Positions 17,851 through 28,780 of a stretch of 64,000 bases of DNA are shown here, piece after piece (position 1 is the first letter of the stretch; every line of letters starts with the position of its first letter). The DNA comes from Thermodesulfobacteriota bacterium (GTDB taxonomy: Bacteria > Desulfobacterota > Desulfarculia > JACQYL01), in assembly GCA_963675595.2 (NCBI GenBank), contig CAXXLZ010000002.1, positions 2,112,001 through 2,176,000 on the forward strand, read 5' to 3'. Below the pieces are notes generated by a model. That model did no database searches. It was not told where the DNA came from and saw only the letters and a program-made list of their open reading frames with translations. Made by a program: the position numbers and the translations under genes.

Positions 17851-19062
17851 TCAGAGAATGATGAGCGGCGATTCCCCGTCCGGCTCTCCGCCCTCGGTTC
17901 TCTCAGACTCGATCGCGCGCATACCGATGGACACATCCAGCAACGTGACCAGGAAGGGGTTTTCCGGTACGAACACGTGTTCCCCGGTAAGGTCCAAGGC
18001 CGTGGCCAAGGCGACCTTCGCCCTCTCCCGTTCGCCTTTCAGCAAAAAAATGAACGCGGTCTCCTCCAGCCTGCGCCGGAATTCGTATCTCCTCTCCGGC
18101 GTGAACAGCTCGCCCACCGCCTCGAGAAGGAGGTCCGAGATGCGCTGTTTTTGTTGCGGTTCGCTCAGCGCCAGAACGCTGGTTTCAATCTCCTCCATCC
18201 GCCGGATGTAGGGCTCCAGCTCCTCTTCCTCCAGAAGCCATAGCCGGCAAGGATTTTTGTCGAGGAGGGTCTCCGAGTCCTTCAGATAAAATGCGTTCCC
18301 TTCCACGGTTTCCTTTGGGATCCACTCGTACACCTCGGATTCCTTCCGATCGATCTTCTCTCTCTCGATACGGCTTCTCCAATCACCCAAATCCCCCGGT
18401 AGAGTCCCGCCGGCACGTTCCGTCGCTTCCAATGCCTCTTTGAACAGGTACACCCCGTGCTCCCAGGGAATCGGAATCACCTCCGACGCCTGTTCCCCAT
18501 TGAACCCCTTGACGAAGGCTCTGAAATCGGATCGGGTCATTTCCATGGCGTGGAAATCCGTGAGTTCCACTCCCGGTTTCACCACGGCCACCGCGACCTT
18601 CAGACCCACGGCCGGCCTGGGGGTCGCCAGCATCAACAGTGCGATTCCCGCCGTATCGATTTCGCTTTCGTAGGCGACGGACTCCGGTTTTTCGACCTTG
18701 CGAAAGACTCCGCCGCTTTTGCCTTGCGGTGTCTCCCCTTTGGAGAAGCCTTTCTGCTCCAGGATGTGAAGCGCTCTTCGGACGCTCTTTTTCAGATCCT
18801 TTTCCGAAACGAGGAGTTCCAACTCGGCCAGGAGGCCCGCCGACCGGGCGGACGGAGCTTCAAGAGCCGCTCGAACCGCGTGGAGCGCAGAGGGTCGCGA
18901 CGCCCCGAGCCGATCCAGGAGTTCTTCCCGCTCCGCCGGCGTTTCAAGTCCCTCGCCATCGGACAACATCCTGCGAAAGGATTCGACCAGCTCGGACTCC
19001 GACGCGGAAAGGTCGGGCAGCGAGGCGGCTGTCTTTTTCTTCGTCATGATCGTGAATTCCAT
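17851..19062 (-). CDS. Hypothetical protein
   Basis: About 400-aa ORF in operon context; start uncertain. Confidence 0.7.
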   Translation of the reverse strand: MEFTIMTKKKTAASLPDLSASESELVESFRRMLSDGEGLETPAEREELLDRLGASRPSALHAVRAALEAPSARSAGLLAELELLVSEKDLKKSVRRALHILEQKGFSKGETPQGKSGGVFRKVEKPESVAYESEIDTAGIALLMLATPRPAVGLKVAVAVVKPGVELTDFHAMEMTRSDFRAFVKGFNGEQASEVIPIPWEHGVYLFKEALEATERAGGTLPGDLGDWRSRIEREKIDRKESEVYEWIPKETVEGNAFYLKDSETLLDKNPCRLWLLEEEELEPYIRRMEEIETSVLALSEPQQKQRISDLLLEAVGELFTPERRYEFRRRLEETAFIFLLKGERERAKVALATALDLTGEHVFVPENPFLVTLLDVSIGMRAIESERTEGGEPDGESPLIIL

Positions 19063-19107
19063 CGGGCGACGCGAGCAACCGTTTCGCAACGCGCCTTCAC
19101 CCGAGAT

Positions 19108-21447
19108 TCAGAATTTGAGTTCAAAACCCATGGCAAGTACCAGGCCGCTCAGATCAAAGTCCTCCGACCCGAATCGATCGATGATCTCGTAGCGGCCTTC
19201 CATCACCAGGAAAGACTCCTTGACACCGGTGGCTTTGTACAGAGTGTGGGCGTCCTCCGGGGAAAATCGGTTCAGAAGAAGCCGCAGCCCCAAAGAACCA
19301 TGATATCCCACGGTGAATCCATCGACATTGTCTTCCCGATTATCGATGTCCTCCCGATAGTAGAGGCCTTGGACTCCTCCGTCCACATACGGCACCAACA
19401 GCTGGTTTTCCAGGTAGTCGAATCGGTATCGAATGGTGAATTCCGCGGGCGCGATCCACAAAGTGGAGTCCTGGCCGCTCTTTCTTCCCGAGGCCGTCAA
19501 GGCCTCCGCGGTTAGATGCTTAAACCCGGCGCCCACGGTGGTTTCAAAATTGGTTCGATTTACCCAGGTGACGGTGAACGACGTGGCGAGCCCGCCGTCC
19601 CCGTAAGTGTCCTCCACCCGTCCTTGGGTGGGCTTGTAGTATCCTCCCTTGACTCCGAGCATGATGCCCGTGATGCCGTAGTCATCCAGTGCGTAAGCGG
19701 AACCGCAGACCGCCGTCCAAGCCAGGAGCAGGATCGCCGCAATTCGCCCGGCCTTGGGACCTTTTCCGCGAATACCGGCAACCAGAGCGACGATGATCAG
19801 GATCAGCATGAGTCCCCACATCCGTCCTCGAGCCGTGGTGTCGATGAAGCATCCCCCACCCGAGGGGATGGCGCCCGGAACCGCTTCGGGAACCTGAGAG
19901 ACCTCGCCGCCGGGCTCACTCTGGTTCAACGCCTTGTCCAAAGCCGACACCGTGGCGTAGTAGGTCACACCGTTTTCCAGCCCTTTCAAATCATAAACCG
20001 TGACGTTTCCCGTATCCACCTGGTTTTCCAATTGGCCGGAAACCGTACCGTACGCCACCCGATACCCGCCGATGCCCGACCCCGAATCCGAGGCGGAATC
20101 CCACCGAAGTCGCAGCAAGCCGTCGCCGGGCTCGGCCCGCAGATTCTCCGGGGTGGAAGGCGCCACCGTGTCCAGATACACCTTGGTCGCCATGCGACCT
20201 GTGAGCTCGGTGTTCGCGGGGTCCACATACACGAACACATAGTAGTCTTGATCACCTGAAGTGAAGTCTTCGGAAGTCAGGATTTCGGATACGGTTCCGC
20301 CTGCCTCCATGGTGCCCGTCCGAACGGTTTCCCCGGACCCTTTGGTTCCGGTGCCGCCTACTTCGATTTGGTATGAACCGGCCGAGTCGGAAGTCCACGT
20401 GATGGTGGTTTCGTTGTTCTTACCATTGTTGATCGCCTCGGGGACCGCATCTTGAACGGTCACTTGGGGACCGTCCGTGAGTACGCTCACCGTGCCGTCG
20501 CCGCTGTTCACGACCAGCAGGTACCTTCCGCCGGGCGACAAGGCCAGCCCTTTCGGCTCGTCTCCCACCGCTACGTCTCCGAGTTCCAACGAGAAATCCG
20601 ACAGCCTGACCACATCGACACTGTCGTCCAGTTGATTGGTGACAAAGAGGAATTCGTTGTCCGGGTCCAACGCGACCGCGTAGGGTTGGTTCCCCACGGT
20701 CACGGCATCTACGAACGTGGCATCGGAAAGCTTCATCTTGGCTACGGCGTCCTCCCCTGCGAGGGCGAAGTAGGCAAACTCTCCCGCGGAATCCAAGACG
20801 AGCCCTCTGGGCGAGGCCCCCACCACCGCCGAGCCCGTGAGGGTGAATTCCTTCACGTCGATCACGGCGCCCGTGCCGAAACCCTCGCTGCTCACCACCA
20901 GAGAATCTCCGTCCGGGGTGATGCTCAAGCCGAAGGGCAAAGCGCCTTCACCCAGGGCCACGGCCTCCCTCAGAGTGAAGTCCGAGGTCTTATACGCCGC
21001 AAGGGTGTCTTCGTTGCGGGCGGCCACGAAAATCTCCTCGCCATCGGAGCTCAGGGCAAGCCCCAAGGGAAAGAGCCCGCTCGCGAAATGGGAGGAAACC
21101 GTGAAATCGGCGGTTTCGATGACCGACACCGTACTATCCAGGGAATTGGCAACGTAGAGCAGGTTCTCGGAAGAACTCAATATCAATCCGATGGGCTCGG
21201 TTCCCACCTCCAGTTCGCCGTCCGGGGCAAACCGGTAGAGGTCGATGCGGCTTATGGTACCGTCACCCGTGTTGGTGACGTAGGCATATCGCCCGTCGTC
21301 GGCGACCACGAGCATGGACGGTTTCTCCCCCACGCTCAGAGTGTAAACGACCCGGTTGGGAAACCCGAGCGCCGCGGTGGAGGGGAGGCACAACATCGCC
21401 GTAACGACGAGAAGAAAAATTGCCCCGGGAAATCTCACGATGTTCAT
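19108..21447 (-). CDS. YVTN/YncE beta-propeller + FN3 + GGGCFI sorting signal + outer-membrane beta-barrel fusion
   Basis: YVTN-type repeats, FN3 (LENGVTYYATVSALD), SGGGCFID plus TM, second signal-like segment, barrel ending in FELKF. Confidence 0.8.
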   Translation of the reverse strand: MNIVRFPGAIFLLVVTAMLCLPSTAALGFPNRVVYTLSVGEKPSMLVVADDGRYAYVTNTGDGTISRIDLYRFAPDGELEVGTEPIGLILSSSENLLYVANSLDSTVSVIETADFTVSSHFASGLFPLGLALSSDGEEIFVAARNEDTLAAYKTSDFTLREAVALGEGALPFGLSITPDGDSLVVSSEGFGTGAVIDVKEFTLTGSAVVGASPRGLVLDSAGEFAYFALAGEDAVAKMKLSDATFVDAVTVGNQPYAVALDPDNEFLFVTNQLDDSVDVVRLSDFSLELGDVAVGDEPKGLALSPGGRYLLVVNSGDGTVSVLTDGPQVTVQDAVPEAINNGKNNETTITWTSDSAGSYQIEVGGTGTKGSGETVRTGTMEAGGTVSEILTSEDFTSGDQDYYVFVYVDPANTELTGRMATKVYLDTVAPSTPENLRAEPGDGLLRLRWDSASDSGSGIGGYRVAYGTVSGQLENQVDTGNVTVYDLKGLENGVTYYATVSALDKALNQSEPGGEVSQVPEAVPGAIPSGGGCFIDTTARGRMWGLMLILIIVALVAGIRGKGPKAGRIAAILLLAWTAVCGSAYALDDYGITGIMLGVKGGYYKPTQGRVEDTYGDGGLATSFTVTWVNRTNFETTVGAGFKHLTAEALTASGRKSGQDSTLWIAPAEFTIRYRFDYLENQLLVPYVDGGVQGLYYREDIDNREDNVDGFTVGYHGSLGLRLLLNRFSPEDAHTLYKATGVKESFLVMEGRYEIIDRFGSEDFDLSGLVLAMGFELKF

Positions 21448-22310
21448 TGCTCATCTCCCCAGTTCAGCTTGGTGCGCAGTATCTTGAAGTAGTCGGCCCA
21501 CGGAGACTTGACCAGCAGCACTTTGTTCTTGGCTTTCATGACCTTGACGATATCTCCAGACTCCAGATCCAGTCCGACCTGACCATCGAAAGTCAGGGTC
21601 ACGTCTTGTGCTTTTTCGCCGATACAGATCTCAATGGCGCACGAATCCGGCAAAATGATCGGTCGGTTGGACAGAGTGAACGGACAGATGGGGGTTAGGA
21701 CGACACAGTCCAGGGTTGGATACAGAATCGGGCCTCCGGCGGAAAGATTATAAGCCGTGGAACCGGTCGGAGAGCTGACGATGAGCCCGTCCGAACGAAA
21801 GCTGTTGAGGAACAGGCCGTCCACATAAGTATGAAGGCGGATCATTCGGGCGAGAGCGGCCTTGTTGATGACGGCGTCGTTCAACACGGAGTATTCCGCC
21901 AGCTGCTTGTTCTTCCGGAAAACCGCCGTGTTGAGGATCGTTCGGGCTTGGGTCTCAAAATCACCCGTAAGGACCCGTTCCATGGTCGGATAGAGCTCGC
22001 CGATGGAGATTTCGGTCAGGAAACCGAGCCCGCCCAGGTTGACGCCGAGGATGGGCGCTTCGCACCGGTTCTTGCGTACGGCGCTGAGCAAGGTTCCATC
22101 GCCGCCCAGTACCACGATCAGGCCGACATCGGGCAGACAAACCTCGCCCCCCACAAAACCGCCGACCCCGGGTTCCGCATTCTCGAAAAGGGAAGCCTGC
22201 ACGTTGCGGGATTCCAGCCACTTTCCGAGGGAGGTTCCGATGGCCACGGCATCCGGATGATTCCACTTCACCACGATGGCCACCCGGCTGATGTCGGCGT
22301 CCTTTTCCAT
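21444..22310 (-). CDS. nadK: NAD kinase
   Basis: LGGDGT, LGFLTE, DGLIVSSPTGSTAYNLSAGGP. Confidence 0.95.
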   Translation of the reverse strand: MEKDADISRVAIVVKWNHPDAVAIGTSLGKWLESRNVQASLFENAEPGVGGFVGGEVCLPDVGLIVVLGGDGTLLSAVRKNRCEAPILGVNLGGLGFLTEISIGELYPTMERVLTGDFETQARTILNTAVFRKNKQLAEYSVLNDAVINKAALARMIRLHTYVDGLFLNSFRSDGLIVSSPTGSTAYNLSAGGPILYPTLDCVVLTPICPFTLSNRPIILPDSCAIEICIGEKAQDVTLTFDGQVGLDLESGDIVKVMKAKNKVLLVKSPWADYFKILRTKLNWGDEQ

Positions 22311-22476
22311 GCCTCAGCTATATTACAGGGCAAAAGACTAGTCAAGGGAAGGGGTTAGGGTGACACCGGCCGGTATTGACACCCGGGACCCGCGGATATA
22401 GAATGTAATTCTTTGTATGCTATTTCGGATTGCGTTCCGATCCGGAAGCTCCCCACGTAGTTTATAAGGTGGTCCC

Positions 22477-24477
22477 ATGAAATCGAAATGGCCGTCCTTT
22501 TTTCTTCTTCTTTGGATCGGCGTGCTGATAACCCTACCCGCGGCGGCCCAGGATAAACGAATCTCCGCGCCCTTCGGTGCGAACGACTCCCTCGATGAAG
22601 TCCGCGACAAGATTTCAGCCAACGGCTTTGGCTTCACCGTGGGCCATAACTGGGTGTTCGACATGTCGCCCGAAGAAAAGAAGGCGTTCTACAGTCGTCA
22701 CGCCCCATTGGTCCCGGCGATTTTTCAGGCCGACCCGGGAATGGGCCCCCTGGCTCTTGTCAAGCCCGCAAGCCTGCCGTCTTCCTTCGACTGGAGAAGC
22801 CAGGGAGGACATTCCTACATCGGTCCCATCCGCAACCAGGGAAGCTGCGGCTCTTGTTACGCGTTCGGGGCCGCGGCCGCGGCCGAAGGAACGTACAACA
22901 AGGCCACCGGCAGGTACGACGGAAACGTCGTCGACTTCTCCGAATCCTTCATCGCCTGGTGTCTGGGAACTTACGGTCCCTACTCTTATTACTTCGACGG
23001 CTGCAACGGAGCGGATTACTCGTATTCGGAGCTGGAAGCCCTGACGGTCGAGGGCATCACCTATGAATCCTACTTCCCATACTCCGTATACGATCCCGGA
23101 AGCTGCACCCACTGGAGCGATCCCGTGGTGACGTTCGACTCCTGGTACCGGGTACCGTGTAACGATATCGACGCGATCAAGACGGCCATCATGACCTATG
23201 GCGTCGTGGATGCCGCAGTGATGGTGGATTCGGCGTTTGAAGGCTACAGCAGCGGAATCTACGAGAACACCAATACCCAATGCAGCGGAAATCCCTGCTC
23301 CTACACCACGACGAACCATGCCATCTCTCTGGTGGGCTGGAACGACAACGGCGATGCGGAAAACAACGGATACTGGATTCTCCGCAACAGCTGGGGAACG
23401 AGTTGGGGGGAAAGCGGTTACATGAGAATCAAGTACCGCTCCGCCGCGGTGGGATGCTCGGTTGCCTACCTGATGTACGCCTGCAGTTCCACGACACTCA
23501 CCCCGACCATCCAGGCCCCCCAATCAGGTTTCTCGCTTCCCCCGGGAACGGCCCAGCAAGTCGGTGTTTCTCTCGCCGACCAGTGCGGAACCACCATTAC
23601 CGGCGCGCAGGTGACGGCCCAATTCAGCAACGGAGATTCGTCCCTTACCCTCTACGACGACGGCGCACACAACGACGGAAGCGCGGGAGACGGGGTCTAC
23701 GCAAATACCTGGAACGCGACCGGAGAGTCCGACAACGTGACGGTGACCGTCTCGGCCTCGAAAACGGGATACACCCTCGGGCAGGCGACCGTATCCGGCA
23801 GTGTGGGAGACGTGACCACGTATACCATGAAAGAGATCTCTTCTTTCGACTGGCAGGATATCTCCTCATCGGGCGCCGTGCTGATTTCCGATGGCGATGA
23901 CGTGCAGGCTTCCTTATCCATCGGATTTCCCTTCCAGTTTTTCGGCAAGCAATACTCTTCCCTGATCGTGGGGTCCAACGGGCTTATGACGCTCAGCGGC
24001 GGCACCGTGGCATCGAGTTACACCAATGCGTCCATGCCCTCCAGTGCGTCACCCAATGCGATCATCGCGCCCTACTGGGACGATTTAAACATCAGGTCGG
24101 GAACAGGTCGTGTGATCTATCGGCTGTCGGGGTCCTCGCCCGCTCGAAGGCTGGTGATCACCTGGGAAGACGTCTCCCACTACAGTAATTATTGGGGATT
24201 GATCACCTTCCAGGTCGTGCTGTACGAAGCGGACAGCACGATCCGGTTCCTTTACCAAGACGTGCAATTCGGTGACGGTTCCTTGGACTACGGCTTGTCC
24301 GCCACCGTTGGAATCGAGGATGAAACCGGCGGGACGGCGTCTCAATTTTCTTACAACCGGGCCGCGCTGAAAAACGGCCTGACCATCGAATTCAGTCCCT
24401 CCGGCGGTTCTTCGCCCAATGTGCCCATCGGAAAAAGTATCCTCGGGGCGATCCGGTTGCTTATGGAAGACGAATAG
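22477..24477 (+). CDS. Secreted papain-like (C1A) cysteine peptidase with C-terminal beta-rich domains
   Basis: NQGSCGSCYAF, NHAISLVG, WILRNSWG; LYDDGAHNDGSAGDGVY module; IAPYWDDL module. Confidence 0.9.
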   Translation: MKSKWPSFFLLLWIGVLITLPAAAQDKRISAPFGANDSLDEVRDKISANGFGFTVGHNWVFDMSPEEKKAFYSRHAPLVPAIFQADPGMGPLALVKPASLPSSFDWRSQGGHSYIGPIRNQGSCGSCYAFGAAAAAEGTYNKATGRYDGNVVDFSESFIAWCLGTYGPYSYYFDGCNGADYSYSELEALTVEGITYESYFPYSVYDPGSCTHWSDPVVTFDSWYRVPCNDIDAIKTAIMTYGVVDAAVMVDSAFEGYSSGIYENTNTQCSGNPCSYTTTNHAISLVGWNDNGDAENNGYWILRNSWGTSWGESGYMRIKYRSAAVGCSVAYLMYACSSTTLTPTIQAPQSGFSLPPGTAQQVGVSLADQCGTTITGAQVTAQFSNGDSSLTLYDDGAHNDGSAGDGVYANTWNATGESDNVTVTVSASKTGYTLGQATVSGSVGDVTTYTMKEISSFDWQDISSSGAVLISDGDDVQASLSIGFPFQFFGKQYSSLIVGSNGLMTLSGGTVASSYTNASMPSSASPNAIIAPYWDDLNIRSGTGRVIYRLSGSSPARRLVITWEDVSHYSNYWGLITFQVVLYEADSTIRFLYQDVQFGDGSLDYGLSATVGIEDETGGTASQFSYNRAALKNGLTIEFSPSGGSSPNVPIGKSILGAIRLLMEDE

Positions 24478-24603
24478 GCCCGAGGCCGTACATTCGGCCG
24501 CAGGCGGCACAAGGCTATTGACTGAAGGCCGAAAGGGTTTTATGTAGGTCGGACGTCTCCGCCAACGGGGAGACATCACCCGAAACTACAAGATTGAAGG
24601 CTA

Positions 24604-25364
24604 TGGAACGAATCGGAAGAAACGACCTTTGCCCCTGTGGCAGCGGGAAAAAATTCAAGAAGTGCCACATGGGCCGAGAGCACGAGTTGGTTCTGCGGAA
24701 GTCGGAAAGGCTTCCGGAAGACGCGGGAAAGCGCATCAGCGAACTGCCGGAGGTCCGATACGGCCGCACCGGCGAAATTCTCGAGCGACTGGACATCGAA
24801 TCTCTGACGGGCAGACGCATGGGCATCAAGTTCGTCGACTATGCCCGCTATCGGGATTTGGGTTTCATGGGTCAGGAGCCCCCCGAAGGCGACCGGGAAG
24901 CCGCGCTCATGATCAATCCCAAGAAAACGGAAAAGTCGGACCCGGACAACGTCTACATCGCGGTCACTCCCGGTGTGGGCGACTCAACCTTGATCCATCA
25001 AATGGCTCATGTGTTGGACTATCTCGGAGGGTCCCGCTTCATTCCGGGCAGCGGTACCGAAATCAGTATGCAGACCGGAATACCCATCGAGCATCTGGAT
25101 CACCCCAAGGAATTCGCCGATTGGCTGGACTACCTCAAGCAAAAATTCGAGGTGGAATTGGACGCGGAGGACGCCATTGTCTCGTTCCTCAATGAAAACG
25201 AACGGCTGCTCACCGCGGATCAGATACGGACGCTGGACCGTGCCGGTCTGCTGGTCCACTCGGAAAGAATTATGAGGTTCATGCGGGACGCCGGGTCGCA
25301 AATCGACGAGTTGATCCGGCACCGAAAAGGTTACATCGGGCCGCAAAAGGGCACGAAGCACTAG
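24604..25364 (+). CDS. SEC-C motif protein
   Basis: GRNDLCPCGSGKKFKKCH at the N-terminus. Confidence 0.8.
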
Positions 25365-25554
25365 CCGAGCTTTCCGCCGCCCTCCCGACAACCGAGGCCC
25401 GGTGGAACCGACGCCTACAGACAATGGAAACACGAAGCGCGGCCTCCGCGAGAGAAACGGAGCCGCCCTTCCTTCCTTACAAGGCTCCGCGCACGATCCG
25501 GTGTCAGCAGAGAACCGTTTATCGTTTCCCTCGAGCCCGCCTGTGAAATCCGGT

Positions 25555-27003
25555 CTATCTCTTCCAGAATTCGGGAACGAACAAGAGCAACACCGATAGA
25601 ATTTCCAGTCTCCCCGCCAGCATGAGGAAGCTCAGAAGCCACTTGGCCGCTGCGGGGAACTCCGAATAGTTGCCTGTCGCTCCCACCATACCGAAGCCCG
25701 GCCCGATGTTGTTCAGGGTCGCGGCCACCGCCTCGAAACTCGTGACAAAGTCGAAGCCGAACGCGCCGATGATGAGGGAGCCCAGCGCGAAGAGCATGAT
25801 ATAAATCACGAAAAAACCCACGATGGCGTGAATTAATCCGTCATCGATCACCTCGCCGCTTACCCTGACGCTTCTGACCATCCTCGGGTGCACCACCCTG
25901 AACAACTCTCGGTAGGCGACTTTCACCAGGATAATAACCCGGATGTTTTTGATCCCGCCGCCCGTGGAACCGGCGCAGCCTCCCACAAACATGAGAACGG
26001 TCAACAACACTTTGCAGAAGGCGGGCCACTGCTCGGAGTCCGCCGTGGCAAATCCCGTCGTGGTCAAGATGGAGACTACTTGAAAAGCCCCGTATCGAAA
26101 GGCATCCAAGATGCTTTCGTACACATCCGTCAGAAAGAGATTCAGCGTCACGGCCAGAGAGGCCAGAAGAGTAAGCCCCAGGTAGAACTGGAATTCCCTG
26201 CTCTTGAAGTAGGTGACGTGTCTCCTGAAGATCAGATGATAGTGCAGCGTGAAATTGGCTCCGGCGGCAAACATGAAAAAAATCACCACCGAATCGATAT
26301 AAACACTGTCATAAAAGGCGATGCTGGTGTTTTTTGTGGAGAAGCCTCCGGTGGCCATGGTGGCGAAAGTATGGTTGCACGCGTCGAACAGGCTCATGCC
26401 CCCTAAGAGCAGCAATACGGTTTCCGCCGCGGAAAGGGCGAGATACACAACCCAGAGCCATTGAGCGGTCCCTTTGATCCTGGCGCCGAGTTTATCCACC
26501 GAAGGACCCGGCAACTCTCCTTTCAACATCTGCATCCCGCCCAAAGCCAGATTCGGAAGAATCGCCACCATGAGCACGACGATGCCCATGCCGCCGAACC
26601 AATGCGTCAGGCTTCTCCAGAAAAGAATCCCCTTGGGAATCGATTCGATATCCGTGAGAATGCTCGCTCCGGTGGTGGTATACCCGCTCATGATTTCAAA
26701 GAAGGCGTCCGTGAATCCAAAATGACCGCTGAAGACGAGCGGAAGCGTGGAAAACAGGCTGACCCCGATCCACCCCAGGGATGCGATGGCGTAACCTTCC
26801 CGAATACCGATTTCCTGGTCGAGATGCTTCTCACGAAAGAAGAGAGCGCCGGCCACGCCGCAGGTCGCGGTGACGATCACACCCAAAACGAAGGGAAAAA
26901 TGTCTTCCCGGAAGTAGAGCGCCCAGAGTCCCCCGGTGGTCATTCCCAGGGCGATGACGATCAAAGCGTATGAAATGAGGCATAGAACAGGACGGATTTT
27001 CAC
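25555..27003 (-). CDS. trkH: Trk K+ uptake membrane protein
   Basis: SGYTTTGAS, ATGGFS, TTTGF, NNIGPG, GRLE. Confidence 0.95.
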   Translation of the reverse strand: MKIRPVLCLISYALIVIALGMTTGGLWALYFREDIFPFVLGVIVTATCGVAGALFFREKHLDQEIGIREGYAIASLGWIGVSLFSTLPLVFSGHFGFTDAFFEIMSGYTTTGASILTDIESIPKGILFWRSLTHWFGGMGIVVLMVAILPNLALGGMQMLKGELPGPSVDKLGARIKGTAQWLWVVYLALSAAETVLLLLGGMSLFDACNHTFATMATGGFSTKNTSIAFYDSVYIDSVVIFFMFAAGANFTLHYHLIFRRHVTYFKSREFQFYLGLTLLASLAVTLNLFLTDVYESILDAFRYGAFQVVSILTTTGFATADSEQWPAFCKVLLTVLMFVGGCAGSTGGGIKNIRVIILVKVAYRELFRVVHPRMVRSVRVSGEVIDDGLIHAIVGFFVIYIMLFALGSLIIGAFGFDFVTSFEAVAATLNNIGPGFGMVGATGNYSEFPAAAKWLLSFLMLAGRLEILSVLLLFVPEFWKR

Positions 27004-27021
27004 GGAGGAAGGGTCTCCCGG

Positions 27022-28371
27022 CTATTCCATAAACAACTTTTCCACGGCATGGATGGATTCGCGAAGGGCAAAGACGAGAACCCGGTCTCCCGCCTGTACC
27101 GAGGTGTCCCCTTTGGGAATAATGACCCGATCTCCACGAACGATGGCCCCCAACAGGGCTCCTCGGGGAAACCTCAAGGAGCGGAGCGCCGCGCCCACGA
27201 TGCGGGACGGCTCCTGAGCCACGATCTCCAGCACTTCTGCGTTCTCTCCCTTGAGAGCCGCCACGGACATCACTTTGCCTTTTCGGATAAACTGCAAAGT
27301 GGCGTCAATGGCTGCAAGGTGAGTGCTCACCACCATGTCGATTCCCAGAGAAGAAATCAGCGGAATATAGCTGAATTTCCGTACCCGGGTAATCGTCATG
27401 GGGACTCCGAGTTGCTTGGCCAGCAGAGAGATGAGCACGTTCCGCTCTTCATCCCCCGTGGCGACCACCATGATGTCCGCTTCGTTGATCCGCTCCTCGA
27501 GGAGCAATTCCGGATCCGTGGCGTCCCCGTGAAGCACGAGTCCGCGCTCCAACAACATGGCCAGTTCCCGACAACGGTTTTCGTCGGCATCGATGATCCG
27601 CACGTTGTAAGAGGTCTTGTCAAGACTGACCGCCAGACTCTTGCCCAGTTGTCCGGCGCCGGCGACCACCACGCTCTTCACGGGCTCGACCCGCAAACCC
27701 AGCGCTTTGGCGACTTCCTTTTTGTTCCTGTCGTCGCTCACCACGTACACCAGGTCATCGGGCAGAATTACGTCCTGCCCGCCCGGCACGATCATCTGCC
27801 GACCGCGGATGATCGCCGCCACGAGCAATTTGTCGGCAAGGCCCGTTTCCCCCAAGTCCGCAAGCTTTCTGTGAGCCAGCACCACGTCGGGTTTCACCTT
27901 GACCCCGATGAGATGCACCCTGCCTTCACAAAAACGGAGTACGTCGGCGGCATCGGGAGTCTCGAACATGGCCAGTATCTTTCCCACCACCTCGGATTCG
28001 GGACTGATGATCTGGTCGATGTTGAAGGCTTCCTGCTTGAACAACTCCTTGTGCTGAAGATATTCCTGGTTCCGGATTCTGGCGATTTTGACGGTCTTCT
28101 TGGAAACCATGTTGGCGAACAGGCACGCCATAAGGTTCACTTCGTCGCTGTCGGTAACGGCCACCAGGATGTCCGCTTGATGGATACCCGCTCTGATAAG
28201 AAGCGATGGACTGCTTCCCGTGCCTTCAAGGACCTCCACGTCGAGCGTGTCTTTGACCCTCCGGATCATTGCGGGATTCCGGTCTATAATCACCACATCC
28301 TTGTTTTCCCGGGACAGTCGGTCCGCGATGCGATATCCCACCTCACCGGCGCCGACGATGATCGCTTTCAA
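27022..28371 (-). CDS. trkA: Trk K+ uptake NAD-binding protein
   Basis: Two RCK units (GAGEVG, GAGQLG); TTG start with GAGG RBS. Confidence 0.93.
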   Translation of the reverse strand: MKAIIVGAGEVGYRIADRLSRENKDVVIIDRNPAMIRRVKDTLDVEVLEGTGSSPSLLIRAGIHQADILVAVTDSDEVNLMACLFANMVSKKTVKIARIRNQEYLQHKELFKQEAFNIDQIISPESEVVGKILAMFETPDAADVLRFCEGRVHLIGVKVKPDVVLAHRKLADLGETGLADKLLVAAIIRGRQMIVPGGQDVILPDDLVYVVSDDRNKKEVAKALGLRVEPVKSVVVAGAGQLGKSLAVSLDKTSYNVRIIDADENRCRELAMLLERGLVLHGDATDPELLLEERINEADIMVVATGDEERNVLISLLAKQLGVPMTITRVRKFSYIPLISSLGIDMVVSTHLAAIDATLQFIRKGKVMSVAALKGENAEVLEIVAQEPSRIVGAALRSLRFPRGALLGAIVRGDRVIIPKGDTSVQAGDRVLVFALRESIHAVEKLFME

Positions 28372-28780
28372 CTGGTCACCTCGCTGTTCGGTCGGCCCGG
28401 CCGCGCGCCCTGCCGAAAATCCACCGTTCCGGAACAACAGCCGGCGGAATCCATCATCGAAATGTCCCCATCGTCGAATCGGCGGGAACGGCGAAAAGGA
28501 AGACCACTGTGCATCAATCCTCCTGAGAGTCTATGAGACAAAGGAATCGTTGGTCGATTGGAGAAAGGGAAGGTCCTTGGGTATCCGGGAGTCGTTCCGC
28601 CATGCGCCGCACCGGACATGCGACAGCGCGAAGGTATCCCGCCTCCGGCCTCAAGTCAAGTGAAGGGCTCCGCTCCAGTGTTCGTCTCCCCGGCCCGGCC
28701 GGAGGTTCTCCGGAGGCAGTACTCCGGAAGAGACCGGCTGAAGGAGGGATTCGCCTCGCCGGAAGCGGACCCGGTCGGCT

